Assembly: GCA_963823665.1 (NCBI GenBank)
Contig: CAWGMQ010000004.1
Span: 576,001 to 640,000, forward strand
Source of the DNA: an uncultured Planctomycetota bacterium
Lineage (GTDB): Bacteria; Planctomycetota; Planctomycetia; Isosphaerales; Isosphaeraceae
Direction of reading: 5' to 3'
Length of the DNA stretch: 64,000 bases
Part shown: one piece after another, positions 54,044 through 64,000 of the stretch
How the letters are laid out: each line of letters begins with the position of its first letter
How positions within the stretch are numbered: position 1 is the stretch's first letter
Position numbers and translations under genes: made by a program
The notes under the pieces: model-generated
Seen by the model: only the letters and a program-made list of their open reading frames with translations
Databases searched by the model: none
What the model was told of the DNA's origin: nothing

Positions 54044-54421
54044 GACAACCTCCCGCCCGGATTCGTAACGGCATCGTCGGCAGCCGCGGCGCACATACTG
54101 AGCGAAACGCACATCATGCAAACCGATAACCGAGTGTGCATGTCAGTGCGTTTGTGCAGGTGCTCTTGAGAACCGGCCGAGCGGGGCCATTTTACGGCGA
54201 GGCGAATCGACTCCTCAAGTTCCCAGCGACTTGCGATTCCCATGCATTGAGGCGCGGCTGATAGCCCACAGCCGTGCGTCCTTCCAATGAGTTTTATTTT
54301 CTTACAAAAAGTTACACCCAAAATCGCCCCACCGGTATCGAAACTGCTCGTTTGTTTGAGATTGGAGACCTTCTTCCGCGAAAACACCAATCCGGCATCT
54401 TCAACCCGTCGAGGTGGGTAC

Positions 54422-55870
54422 ATGAGCACCTTGAACCGCATCTACTCGGGACGCTTCGGGATTGAGTCACGAAATCTGTCGCGGCGTGCACACCGCGTTG
54501 ACTTTCACGCCGATCCACTGGAGTCTCGCAAGCTCTTGTCCGGCGGCCAGGCCGCAAGTGCGGCGAGCGCAAACCTCAGTCCGGCCACCGAAGCCGACAT
54601 CGCCACCGCGCCGACAATCTCGGGCGCTCTATCCGGGAGCGCCATATCAACGCCCCCGCCTGTGAACACGGCCGCGCCCGTGGTGAGCACAACCACGGGA
54701 ATTCCCAGCTTGCCGACTGACAACAGCTCGACCACCAATATTCCCGGCGTCAGTCCGATGGTCCCGGCGCCTCTCGACACCGCAACCGACGATAGCGCGA
54801 GCGTGCTCACCAGCCCCTCGTCGGCAATCACCGCGCTCATTCCGAATCCGAATACGTTGAGCTTCACCGGTTTCACCGGGGCGCCGGTGTACATTGTTCC
54901 CATGGCCGACTCGTCAATCAGCGAGCTCTCCATCGAGACACCGGAGCAGCAAGCAACAAACGCGCCGGTGACGCCGCGAATGAGCCTCTCGCCCGTGATC
55001 CCAAATCCAATCAATGCACCCGTGAGCTTCCAGACAAACAGCTCGGCGGTGGCCGCTCAAAATAATCAACCGGCGACCGTCAACCCGACCCAACACATCG
55101 GACAGAGCCGGGAAACAGAGCTTCAGAAACCGGTCAAGCCACAACTCGGCCCGCAGCCCGATGAACCCATGCCAGGAATCGATGTCGTCGTGCCTCCGCA
55201 GGCTCCCAAGCCAGCAGACGTAGGCTCCGGAAAGACCAACCAGCCCGAGGCGGAGCACCCGAAAACAGAGCAACCCAAGATCGAGCAACCCAAAACCGAC
55301 CATCCGACTGACGGGATGAAAAGGCCTCAGGCCCCCCCCGTGCAGGACACACAGCCGATGTGGTGGTTGCCGGCGGTTCCTCTGCCCGTCTCCATTCCTC
55401 CAGTGGCAGAACACCAAGTCGAGCCAGATGCGCCCGGCGCACGTGTCGCCCTCATCCTCCCGAAATCATCGGATGGGGAGGTGATCCCAGCGCTCTTCGG
55501 CGCAGTCGGCGTCACCGGCGGCGTGCACCTTGCGATGGCCGAATCACGCCGATTCGGCGTGCACTGGCTCCCGAGCCGGGTCGCGTCCAGCCGATCAGCA
55601 CGACCGCGGGTAGGGGGGGTAGGTCCCAGAACAGGCCGATCCGCGAGCACGATCGCGAAGTCCGTCTTGTCGCGATCGCCCGTTCAGCGCACCCCCATCA
55701 CCGCCTCAAACGCAGGCTTCGCAGCGCCTTCACGATCGAACAACAGGGGATACTCCTTGTGCCGCCACGGAAACGCGTTCAACCAGCTCCGGCCATCGTG
55801 CAGGTCCCAGAAGGTCACACGCCCGATCGACTCTGACCGTTTGCGGAACAGTCGGAACAGCTCGGCGTAA
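54422..55870 (+). CDS. Planctomycete LEPRxLL-type extracellular Pro/Ser/Thr-rich protein (real end probably ~55625)
   Basis: RR..DPLESRKLLSG motif, long low-complexity stalk, EQPK-type repeats, hydrophobic C-terminal segment plus Arg-rich tail; overlap with GH10 suggests a G-run indel. Confidence 0.65.
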   Translation: MSTLNRIYSGRFGIESRNLSRRAHRVDFHADPLESRKLLSGGQAASAASANLSPATEADIATAPTISGALSGSAISTPPPVNTAAPVVSTTTGIPSLPTDNSSTTNIPGVSPMVPAPLDTATDDSASVLTSPSSAITALIPNPNTLSFTGFTGAPVYIVPMADSSISELSIETPEQQATNAPVTPRMSLSPVIPNPINAPVSFQTNSSAVAAQNNQPATVNPTQHIGQSRETELQKPVKPQLGPQPDEPMPGIDVVVPPQAPKPADVGSGKTNQPEAEHPKTEQPKIEQPKTDHPTDGMKRPQAPPVQDTQPMWWLPAVPLPVSIPPVAEHQVEPDAPGARVALILPKSSDGEVIPALFGAVGVTGGVHLAMAESRRFGVHWLPSRVASSRSARPRVGGVGPRTGRSASTIAKSVLSRSPVQRTPITASNAGFAAPSRSNNRGYSLCRHGNAFNQLRPSCRSQKVTRPIDSDRLRNSRNSSA

Positions 55871-56814
55871 TCACGCGCCTGCCGCTCGAGCAATTCGGGC
55901 GGGCAGCCTGCCGCCAGCGGGTCGGTCTTGGCAACCTCATCGCGATGCGCGCCACCATCAGCCCACCAGACCCCCCGCGGCACGACGCCCAGGTCCAGCT
56001 CGGAGACCATCACCTTCAGCCCTCGCTCCTTCATCGAGTCAAGCAGGGCTTCAATGTCGTTGAATGGAACTCGGTCGACCTCCCAGTGGCCCTGGATTCC
56101 AACCGCCCCCAGCGGAGCGCCTTGATCCCGCAGCTCGCGCACCAGTCGCAGCAGCTTCTCGCGCTTGCGGGGCAGCTCGACGTTGTAATCGTTGTAGACG
56201 AGCAGTGCGTCGGGGTCGGCCTCGTGGGCCCACGCGAATGCTTTGGCCACGAACTCGGGACCGCACAGGCTCAACCAGCGCGAAGGGCGGAGGTATGGCT
56301 CGCCGTCGTCGAGGACCTCGTTGACCACGTCCCACGCGGCGATCTTGCCGCGATACCGCGAGACAACCTTGCGAATATGAGTCCGCATGCGCTCGAGCAC
56401 ACGCTCGCGCGACGCCGGCTTGTCGCCGTCGAGGAACACCCACGGAGGCGTCCGCTCGTCCTTGGCCCAGACCAGCGTGTGACCGACAACCGAGAGCCGG
56501 TTCTGCACCGCAAAGGCGACGAGTGCATCGGCCTGCTCAAAGTGGAATTCGCCTTCTCTCGGCTGGATCTCGGTCATCTTCATGCAGTTCTCGGGGGTGA
56601 CGCTGCCGAACTGCTTGAGGATCAACGTCCGCTCGGCCGGAGCGTAATCGTCCGGCACCCGTCCGCCGAGTGCCACGCCGACGGCGAACTCAGGGCCGAA
56701 CTTCGCCTGCAACGAGGCAGAAGCGGCGTCCGGCTTGTCGTCGCTCGCGACGCCCGGTCCACCGGCCAGAAACGTGAGCGAAAGGGGTAGCAAGTATTTC
56801 ACGATGATCTTCAT
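55684..56814 (-). CDS. Endo-1,4-beta-xylanase-like glycoside hydrolase family 10
   Basis: TPENCMK, GHTLVW, WDVVNE (acid/base), YNDYN, GIQGH, VSELD (nucleophile). Confidence 0.95.
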   Translation of the reverse strand: MKIIVKYLLPLSLTFLAGGPGVASDDKPDAASASLQAKFGPEFAVGVALGGRVPDDYAPAERTLILKQFGSVTPENCMKMTEIQPREGEFHFEQADALVAFAVQNRLSVVGHTLVWAKDERTPPWVFLDGDKPASRERVLERMRTHIRKVVSRYRGKIAAWDVVNEVLDDGEPYLRPSRWLSLCGPEFVAKAFAWAHEADPDALLVYNDYNVELPRKREKLLRLVRELRDQGAPLGAVGIQGHWEVDRVPFNDIEALLDSMKERGLKVMVSELDLGVVPRGVWWADGGAHRDEVAKTDPLAAGCPPELLERQARDYAELFRLFRKRSESIGRVTFWDLHDGRSWLNAFPWRHKEYPLLFDREGAAKPAFEAVMGVR

Positions 56815-57020
56815 GAGCAACTCTCAATCAGGTCGCGGTCAAACCGTCTAAGAGTCCTGGCCATCATACCTGAGTCGCGCAACGGCAGCTTCTGGCGTCC
56901 GAATCGTTTTTGTTAAAGCCAATCAAAGGATTGCAAGTTTCCCTAAAACGGCCGAAATAGGTAAACTCCAGTAATCAACGCGACACCCACACCGAGCCAT
57001 CATTGAACCAAAGAGGGAAC

Positions 57021-57236
57021 ATGCCCGACACAATAGCACTTTCTGAAGTCGCGCTTAGCTTGCTCAGCCGTCGGCTGTCGGGAGAGCACGTCCCGGTCAC
57101 TGACGAAACGCGACCTGCTTATCGCGAGCTCGTCGACGCTGGACTCGCAATTCCGCTCCATTCCTTTGCGCGGGGCGATGAGGGGGCGTACCGATTGACG
57201 GAATTGGCGTACTCTCCATCCCGAAAGCAGAATTAA
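57021..57236 (+). CDS. Small hypothetical protein (possible winged helix)
   Basis: AGAGGG RBS + ATG; AYRELVDAGL...YRLT pattern. Confidence 0.5.
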   Translation: MPDTIALSEVALSLLSRRLSGEHVPVTDETRPAYRELVDAGLAIPLHSFARGDEGAYRLTELAYSPSRKQN

Positions 57237-57396
57237 TGGAACGCCGTGGCCAGGGTGCTTGTGAACGGTCGCCATGGTTTGCGGTCGGCTGCACGTAAAG
57301 GGAGTGCCCGCAACCCGCGGGCCTCCGTGAGCTGACCCACTGGCCGACCGCCACGAGCAACATGCTCGAAGCGGCTCCTGAGCCTCGGCCCACTGC

Positions 57397-57855
57397 CTAT
57401 TCGCCTTTCTTCCACCCGCGCTCCATCTGCTTCAGAAGCTCCCTTGCAGCGTGACTGATCGGCAACGCAGTGCTCGGCGCCGCCTTCAATGCGCCTTCGT
57501 GATCTCCGACCTCGAACTCGGTGAGCTCATGCGCGATGATTGCCTGCGCTCGGTCCCGGAGCCGCGTGCGTTTCCACGTCATCTGCGTTTCCTCGTCGTA
57601 CGCGGCCAGTAGCTCCGGGTTCATGAGTCCAGAATCGAGCGTAATCCGCCCGCTGAACGTGACCGTGCCTCCTTCCCGGTCACCTGGGTGAAAGCTGTGC
57701 TGCGCGCCAAGGCGAGCCGGGTCACCCGCGCCCATCTTGTCCGAAGGGATGCCGAGGTCCATCATCGTCTGCCCGGCCACAATGTCCAGGTCTTCTACAT
57801 ATCGCCAGGCGAATTCCTCAGCGTGGTCCGCCGGGTCCTCAGGTGGTTTGTCCAT
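57397..57855 (-). CDS. Hypothetical protein with an HExxE motif
   Basis: 152-aa coding-like ORF; AIIAHELTE...DHEGAL. Confidence 0.6.
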   Translation of the reverse strand: MDKPPEDPADHAEEFAWRYVEDLDIVAGQTMMDLGIPSDKMGAGDPARLGAQHSFHPGDREGGTVTFSGRITLDSGLMNPELLAAYDEETQMTWKRTRLRDRAQAIIAHELTEFEVGDHEGALKAAPSTALPISHAARELLKQMERGWKKGE

Positions 57856-58255
57856 ACTTCCAGATTACATGGCCAGGGACAACGGGACATACCATATATC
57901 GCTCGGATTGCGGAATGGAATTCCCGCTATGGTTTCGCCGCTACGGGTGCCGTCGTTCGGAACTCTGGATCCGTGCGCACCAAACTTCAGCTTCTCTCAA
58001 TCAAGAACTTTAACGCCCTTGATCACCATCGCCACACGGCGGGTTTCACCGATGTTGCGATCGGGGCGAACGGCGACGAGCAGGATGGAAGCCAGTGAGC
58101 GTGGCACGAGTGGCGCCCCGACCGTTGCTCGTCCGGCGTGTTGTGAGACCCGCCACGACGCGACTATAATCGCCTTCCAATCGCACGGATACATCAGCAG
58201 TGTTCCTCGCACACGTTCGAACGCACAAGTCTTCCATCCCGGTGGAGGGATCGAG

Positions 58256-59964
58256 ATGAGTAAGCACACGTTTTCGTACGCGCACTTTCGTCTCGCAATA
58301 GCCGTCCTGGCATCGATGCTCCCGGCATCAATCGATGCAAATGCAGCCGATACACCCCCCGCGAAGAAGAGTGCAAGAACCGCCTGGCCCGAAGCCTCGG
58401 CTCGGTTCGACTTCGTGATGGACGCGCAAACCCTATCCATCAAGCCGTCTACGGTACCCTCCGGCGACAAGGCCGCCAGTGATGGGCCGAGGTGCATCCT
58501 GGTCGTCCCCAAAAGGGCCTTGCCCGGAAACCCCTGGTCCTGGCGAGACCTTCACCGGAATCACGAGCCCACGGCCGAAGCCGATCTGCTCGCGAGGGGG
58601 TTCCATCTGGCTTACATCACACCCGGTCCGCTCCCGCAGCGCGATGCCTGGCACGCCTTCCTGACCGGGAAGTATCGATTGGCCCGCAAGCCGGTCTTTG
58701 CCAGCATGAGCGCCGCCGGAGAACTTCGGGCCGGGACCGCCAAGGTCAACATCACTCCCGACGACGCCAGGAAGCCCGTCCACGACAAGGTCTACGCCCG
58801 CAGCCTGCTGCTTGATGTCGACGGCGAGCGCCTCGCCATTGTCTCTGTCGACCTGGGAATCTACACGAGTGAGCAGCTTGTGGCGATTTGCAAGGAGAGG
58901 TTCGGCATCTCGCACCTCGTGCTCTGCTCCTCCCACACGCATTCAGACCCGGGCCGCAGCTTTGCGGCCTTCTACGAGAAGCAGATCATTCAGGCCGTGG
59001 AAACCGCGGCGAGCAACATGTTCCCGGCGAAGATCTCCGCCGGGCACAGGAGCTTTCCCCAGCTCGGCTTCAACCGACTGGTCGTGCGCGAGGACGGCCA
59101 CACCCGCGAATCGTGGTTCGGTGACGACCATTATACGTCCGAGAATCCCGAGCGCATCCCGTTCGGTCCGGTCGATCCCGAAGTCGGGGTCATCAAGATC
59201 GAGGATATGAGCGGCCGGCCCCGCGCCATCGTGATGAATTACGCCTGCCATGCCGACGTGGTCTGTCAAAACTACGCCATCTCGGCCGATTTCCCCGGAG
59301 CCGCCACCCGCAAGGTGGAAGAAGCGTTCGGCAACGATCTGAACTGCCTCTTCGTCCAGGGCGCCGCGGGCAACATCGAGTCGCTGATCATCAGCTCGCG
59401 CAGAACCGGGCCCGACGACCCATTCCCGACCGATTACAGCACCATCGAGCGTGTGGGCGGGTTGCTCGCCTACGAGACCGTCAAGCTCGCCCGGACGCTC
59501 AGCCCGCCGCGCGCAAAGAAACAACGATCCGATTCATGAACGACTCCCTCAAGTTCACCGGCCGCTTCGATAAGAGTGCGGCATTCGATGTTCACATTTC
59601 CACGATCATGATCAACGACGATATCGTGATCGCCACATTCCCTGGCGAGCCTTTCATCGATCTTCAGTTGGATTGGAAGAAGAAGGTGCAGGTGGATGTG
59701 CCGCACGCATTCTTGTTCGGGTACACATGGCATCAGGGCACATGGCCGAATTATGTGCCCGACATCAAGTCGGCGGCGCGGGGCGGCTACGGGGCCGACC
59801 AGTCGAACCCCAAGATGATCGAGGTCGGCTCCGGAGAAGCCGTGATCAACAAGCACCTGGAAAACATGTACCGCTTGACCGGGCTCATGCGCGAGGAGCC
59901 AGGCCCTGTCGGCTTCAAGCCCGGCCCGCGCTGGCAAGTCACCCCGGTGCCGCGCGAAAAATAA
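58256..59964 (+). CDS. Neutral/alkaline ceramidase-like protein with an N-terminal esterase-like fragment; frameshift ~59500-59535
   Basis: LRAGTAKVNITP, VHDKVYARSL, SSHTHSDP, GPVDPEV, NYACHADV, ISADFPG, FVQGAAGN, FPGEPF. Confidence 0.8.
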
Positions 59965-60008
59965 GTCCGATCCCGGAAGAAGCGGACATAAATGGGGACA
60001 GACCTGAT

Positions 60009-61874
60009 TTAGTTTCCTGCGCTCTTCTGATGCTCTCCGAGCAACGCCATGATCGCCCGATCAAGGGTGTCCACGCCCGGAAATCCGTCGTACCTGGCAC
60101 GGATTGCCCCCTTGGCATCGAGAAGGTAGAGCGTCGGCAGACCCGTAACGCCCCACCGGCCGGCGACCAAGCCATCGCCCTTGGCCCACCAGGAGCGCCA
60201 GGTGATCTGCTCGTCCTTCACCACTTGTTCGAGCCTGGATCTTTCCGCATCGACATCGAATCCGACCAGGGCAAATGGCTTCCCATCGAGGCGCTTCACA
60301 AGTGATTTCTCGTACGGATACATCGCCCGGCACAGGGCGCACGTCTCATGGCACCCGAAATTGAGCAGCACGACCCGGCCGCGATAATCGCTGAGCTTCA
60401 TTGGCTTTCCCATAACATCATCTCCGACGATCTCTGGTGCGATGCGGCCGATCGATGAGCCCCGCAGCTTGAGCAGAGCCGACTTCGCCTGTTGACCGAG
60501 CGGCGCGGCGGCCCAGGGACCGGCGACGTCGGCATAGTCGCGGACGACTTGCTCCAGCAGCCGTTCAGCGTCCTGGTTCAATGCGAGCGGATCGAGTCCC
60601 CGCAGTTGCTCGGCACGTTCTCGTCCCAGTCTAGCGACCCAGTACGCCAGGCTGCCGCGCGGGTCGAGCTTCAACCGCGAGACCTCCTCCGTCAGCCCGA
60701 TCTGGTACCGCGCGAGCGAATAGAACGCCATCCCGCGAGACGTCTTGTCCGGGTTGGAGCCCGCGATCCGACGGAGCAGCCGCTCGGCGTTCTTGTGGTA
60801 AGCCGCCTCGCGCGCGCCGGCCGGCAGCCGCGAGTAAATCGACATGAGCTCAACGGAGAGCCGAGGGAGAGCCTTGTCCGCGCCGTCATCCGCGAGCTGT
60901 TGTAAGAGCCGCTCAATTTCTCCCGCCCGGATGGATGGCTCCGTCGCCTCGAGATTCGCAGCACGTTCCGGCCCCCAATCCTCGACGAGCTCCCGCCGCG
61001 ACTCGGGCGAGGCTGTCTTGATCGTGGCCGACAGCCGCGCTGATTCCATCTGACGCAGGACCAGGGCCCAGCGCGCTTCGTCCGTTACTTCGCGATGACG
61101 GTTGGTCTCAAGGATGCGGCGCAGGATAGCATCTGCGGCCGGTAACCGGCTGATGCTCAGCAATGATAAGTAGGCACCTCCGATCTTCTTGTCACTGAAT
61201 ATCTTGGCGTCCCCGTCCAGCAGGCGCCGCAGCAGCCGGCCCGCGCTTTGGTCCAGGCTCACGGGATCCATGCTCAAGACTCGCTCGACTCGGGCCTGGC
61301 CGAGTGCCTTGATCCAGCGATCCCTCTGCTCCGGTTTGTATGCTCTGAGCCGCCTGGCCTCGCTCGACAGCCGGGTTTGGTAGAAGGCCATGCTCAAGCA
61401 CGCCTGCTCCCGGACCGCCGGGTGTGGGCTCTCTTCCAGAATTCGACGAAGCAGCGCCTCACCCGTCCCCTGAAGGGCCGACGCGATGAGGAGGGGGCAG
61501 AAGTCTCCGATTCTGTCGCTCTTGAGATAACGTTCTTCGAGCCGCTTGAGCGCGGCCTCTACTTCGGAACCACTCCGCACGTGCCGGAGAACCCAGTCAA
61601 GAGAGTCAATGGCGACCGCATCATCGGGATACAGATCGGCCATTCTCAGAAAGCGGGCCGCATACACACGCGGGTCCGGAGGCTTCACACTCGGCGAGAC
61701 AGGGCCTGCGCCCACTCTCTCCGCCCGTGGTCGCCCGAGCGATGCGCGGAGGGCCGACTCATACTCGCCTGCGAGTGACTTGTACTGCTGGGCCGGCGTT
61801 TCCCGTGAATCGGCATCCGCCCATGCGATCGGAACGAAGCCGAGGAATCCAAACATTACCACAGCACTCTTCAC
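60009..61874 (-). CDS. TlpA/thioredoxin-like protein with a triplicated helical N-terminal repeat
   Basis: Signal peptide; GRIAPEIVGDD.MGKPMKLSDYRGRVVLLNF..CALC...PTLYLLD. Confidence 0.88.
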   Translation of the reverse strand: MKSAVVMFGFLGFVPIAWADADSRETPAQQYKSLAGEYESALRASLGRPRAERVGAGPVSPSVKPPDPRVYAARFLRMADLYPDDAVAIDSLDWVLRHVRSGSEVEAALKRLEERYLKSDRIGDFCPLLIASALQGTGEALLRRILEESPHPAVREQACLSMAFYQTRLSSEARRLRAYKPEQRDRWIKALGQARVERVLSMDPVSLDQSAGRLLRRLLDGDAKIFSDKKIGGAYLSLLSISRLPAADAILRRILETNRHREVTDEARWALVLRQMESARLSATIKTASPESRRELVEDWGPERAANLEATEPSIRAGEIERLLQQLADDGADKALPRLSVELMSIYSRLPAGAREAAYHKNAERLLRRIAGSNPDKTSRGMAFYSLARYQIGLTEEVSRLKLDPRGSLAYWVARLGRERAEQLRGLDPLALNQDAERLLEQVVRDYADVAGPWAAAPLGQQAKSALLKLRGSSIGRIAPEIVGDDVMGKPMKLSDYRGRVVLLNFGCHETCALCRAMYPYEKSLVKRLDGKPFALVGFDVDAERSRLEQVVKDEQITWRSWWAKGDGLVAGRWGVTGLPTLYLLDAKGAIRARYDGFPGVDTLDRAIMALLGEHQKSAGN

Positions 61875-62065
61875 TCCGAGCCTCCAGCCACCAGGATCAT
61901 GGGGTTGACTGAACCAGTCAGTGCCGACTCGAGCCGCGAGACTAAGGCCGACCAGGAGACTTCATCGTACAAGACAACGCAGACCCACGCCACGACGGCC
62001 CTTCTGCCACCGCGAGAAAGGCATCCTTCGCTCAATTGTCCGTCGAGCTGAGTGCTATCTTGTTG

Positions 62066-62071
62066 TATAAT
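62066..62071 (+). promoter_or_regulatory. Putative -10 box upstream of the DUF4058 gene
   Basis: Perfect TATAAT about 40 bp upstream of GAGAGG RBS and ATG 62114. Confidence 0.35.
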
Positions 62072-62113
62072 CCAGTCGGCGTCGCACCACGACGCGATGA
62101 GAGAGGATCCATC

Positions 62114-62872
62114 ATGCCCATTCACGACTGGTCGAAAGTTGATGCCGGCATCTTTCACCATTTCCACCACGGATGGATCGAGGAGATCGCTCGCGAATTG
62201 AACGGCGGCGTGCTGCCGGGCGATTATTACGCGATGGCCGAGCAGCACACTTCTCACTTCGGCCCGGACGTATTAACGCTCCAATCCAGGTCGGCGGGCG
62301 ACGCAGACGATGACGAAGAGCGCCTCGGCCGAAACGGTCCCGGCTCTAATGATGGCGGGGTGATCGTTTCCAGTCCGAAGGCACGCTTCGCCGGCGAGAC
62401 CGACCTCGAATTCTACCGTCGTAAGCAGAATGTCGTTGCGGTACGCCACATCAGCGGAGATCGACTCGTCGCGATCGTCGAGATCGTCTCGCCCGGCAAC
62501 AAGTCGAGCCAAGCCGTGTTCCGTAAGTTCGTCGACAAGGCGGTGGAGTTGCTCAGCCAGGACATTCATCTGCTCGTTCTCGATTTGATTGCACCGACTC
62601 GCCGGGATCCCCACGGGATTCACGGCGCGATCTGGGAAGCCCTGACCGGTGAGGATTACCAGTCGCCCCCCGAGAAGCCGCTTACACTCGCCGCGTACGA
62701 GGCCGAGGAGGGCGTGCGAGCATTCGTCGAGGCAATGGCCATCGGCGACACCTTGCCGGAGATGCCGCTTTTCCTCAAAGCAGGCGGACACGTCCCCGTC
62801 GCCCTCGAATCGACGTACCAATCTGCCTGGGGCGCGGTGCCGCGGCGCTGGCGATCGGTCATCGAGAGCTAG
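62114..62872 (+). CDS. DUF4058 family protein (PD-(D/E)xK-like)
   Basis: MPIHDWSKVDAGIFHHFHHGW, PDV, AIVEIVSPGNK, GDTLPEMPLFL..LESTY. Confidence 0.85.
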   Translation: MPIHDWSKVDAGIFHHFHHGWIEEIARELNGGVLPGDYYAMAEQHTSHFGPDVLTLQSRSAGDADDDEERLGRNGPGSNDGGVIVSSPKARFAGETDLEFYRRKQNVVAVRHISGDRLVAIVEIVSPGNKSSQAVFRKFVDKAVELLSQDIHLLVLDLIAPTRRDPHGIHGAIWEALTGEDYQSPPEKPLTLAAYEAEEGVRAFVEAMAIGDTLPEMPLFLKAGGHVPVALESTYQSAWGAVPRRWRSVIES

Positions 62873-63016
62873 GGCTTTGTCGCCCTTCGCACCGCGCACG
62901 ACACGTACGAGCGCACACTTGACTGGCCCTGGGAGGCCGGCCACGCTATGTGACATGGGCCCGCGTGCGCTTAGCTCTTGCAGGCAATCGGCCACTTTGA
63001 AACGTGGAGCATTTCC

Positions 63017-63559
63017 GTGGCGGAAAGCACCAATCGCAGGGCACTCGTTTGCGGCGCGGTCATTCTGGCCTTGCTGCTGGCCGCGCTGGCGTTCTGGCAA
63101 TTTGTTCCTCCCCAGGCAAAACACCACCAGAACAAGGCTCTCGCCGCGGCGTGCGTTGCCGGCGACATCCAGGCTGTCCGAGATGCACTGGCCAAAGGGG
63201 CTGACCCGACTTCAAAAGACGAAACCGGCCTCACGCCGCTCATGTATGCCGCGCGCGGAGACCGCCCGAATATGAGTCATCCCTTCGCCACGGATCATCC
63301 CGATGTCGCGCAGCTTCTCCTGGAGAACCGTGTCGACCCGAACGCGGCCACCGATTCCGGTTTCGTCGCGCTCTTCTGGGCCGCGCGGTACGGCCACGAG
63401 AAAGTGGTGAAAGTACTCATAGACCACGGTGCCAACCTGAACGCCAAGGACAAGGACGGCCTGACGGCACTGAAGTGGGCGACCACGAACCAGTCGGCAT
63501 CGCCGGAGGTCTACCAGCGCGTGATCGAGCTGCTCAAAAAAGCCGGCGCCTCGGAATAG
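63017..63559 (+). CDS. Membrane-anchored or secreted ankyrin-repeat protein
   Basis: GLTPLMYAA, GFVALFWAARYGHEKVVKVLIDHGANLN, GLTALKWA; N-terminal hydrophobic segment; start approximate. Confidence 0.92.
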   Translation: MAESTNRRALVCGAVILALLLAALAFWQFVPPQAKHHQNKALAAACVAGDIQAVRDALAKGADPTSKDETGLTPLMYAARGDRPNMSHPFATDHPDVAQLLLENRVDPNAATDSGFVALFWAARYGHEKVVKVLIDHGANLNAKDKDGLTALKWATTNQSASPEVYQRVIELLKKAGASE

Positions 63560-63696
63560 ACCGACGCCTGGCTGGAGTGAACCATCCTCGTCGCGGCCGT
63601 GTCCATGAGGATCGGACGAGCCCCGGCGCGTCGAGTCGCCCGGTATTTTATTTCATTCGCCGGTGCAGGCTCGATCTGTGAAAAGGCCTGACGAGT

Positions 63697-64000
63697 ATGG
63701 ACCTTACCCGTGCCCTCGAACAGAATCCGTTCTTCTCCGGCGGCCTGTCGCTCATGGCGATCGGCGCGCTCGGGGCGATTCTGCGCCACCTGCCAGGCCA
63801 GGTCCTGCGCTTTCTCGAGCGGCGGATCTCGATCTCCGTCGAAGTGCCTGATCGAGATCCAGCCTTCCGCTGGGTGCAGACCTGGCTGGCTGCCGGGCAC
63901 TACGCAAAGCGCGCCCGCGATCTCTCCCTGTCGACCGAATGGATCAGCTCAGAGCCGGATCCCGAAATCAGCCCCTACGGCGACCAGCCAACCGGGCCCG
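63697..64000 (+). CDS. BCS1-like AAA ATPase N-terminal domain (runs off the window end)
   Basis: My translation: MDLTRALEQNPFFSGGLSLMAIGALGAILRHLPGQVLRFLERRISISVEVPDRDPAFRWVQTWLA..KRARDLSLST; not in the ORF track because it has no stop. Confidence 0.7.
   Translation, partial: MDLTRALEQNPFFSGGLSLMAIGALGAILRHLPGQVLRFLERRISISVEVPDRDPAFRWVQTWLAAGHYAKRARDLSLSTEWISSEPDPEISPYGDQPTGP

Overview
GC-rich bacterial DNA that looks like Planctomycetota (Isosphaeraceae/Singulisphaera-like), judged from the LESRKLLS secretion motif, DUF4058, planctomycete-type cytochrome c and REP-like palindromes. Many genes are broken by single-base indels, most likely long-read consensus errors. Left to right the window holds: a repeat-rich intergenic region; a MoxR-DUF58-BatA-vWA operon; a glycosylation trio; a tyrosine-catabolism operon (hppD, FAH, hmgA, flavin reductase) headed by a CADD/heme-oxygenase-like diiron protein; a glutaminase-A-like protein; YfhO, GT4 and a flippase; a sugar ABC transporter whose binding protein is circularly permuted; a decayed tandem duplication of an Rrf2/ECF-sigma segment; an ECF sigma/anti-sigma pair facing a 13-kb cluster (four secreted caspase-like protease + FGE-type C-type-lectin proteins, a Ser/Thr kinase, a diheme cytochrome c); a sulfatase; an HD + HSP90-like ATPase; GH10; a ceramidase-like chimera; TlpA; DUF4058; an ankyrin protein; and the start of a BCS1-like gene. 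The strongest leads are three. (1) The 3' ends of the four caspase-CLec genes show a codon pattern matching diversity-generating-retroelement variable repeats, though no template repeat or reverse transcriptase is visible here. (2) A diiron oxidase leads the tyrosine operon. (3) The sugar-binding protein is naturally permuted. All family calls are by-eye motif recognition, not database hits.
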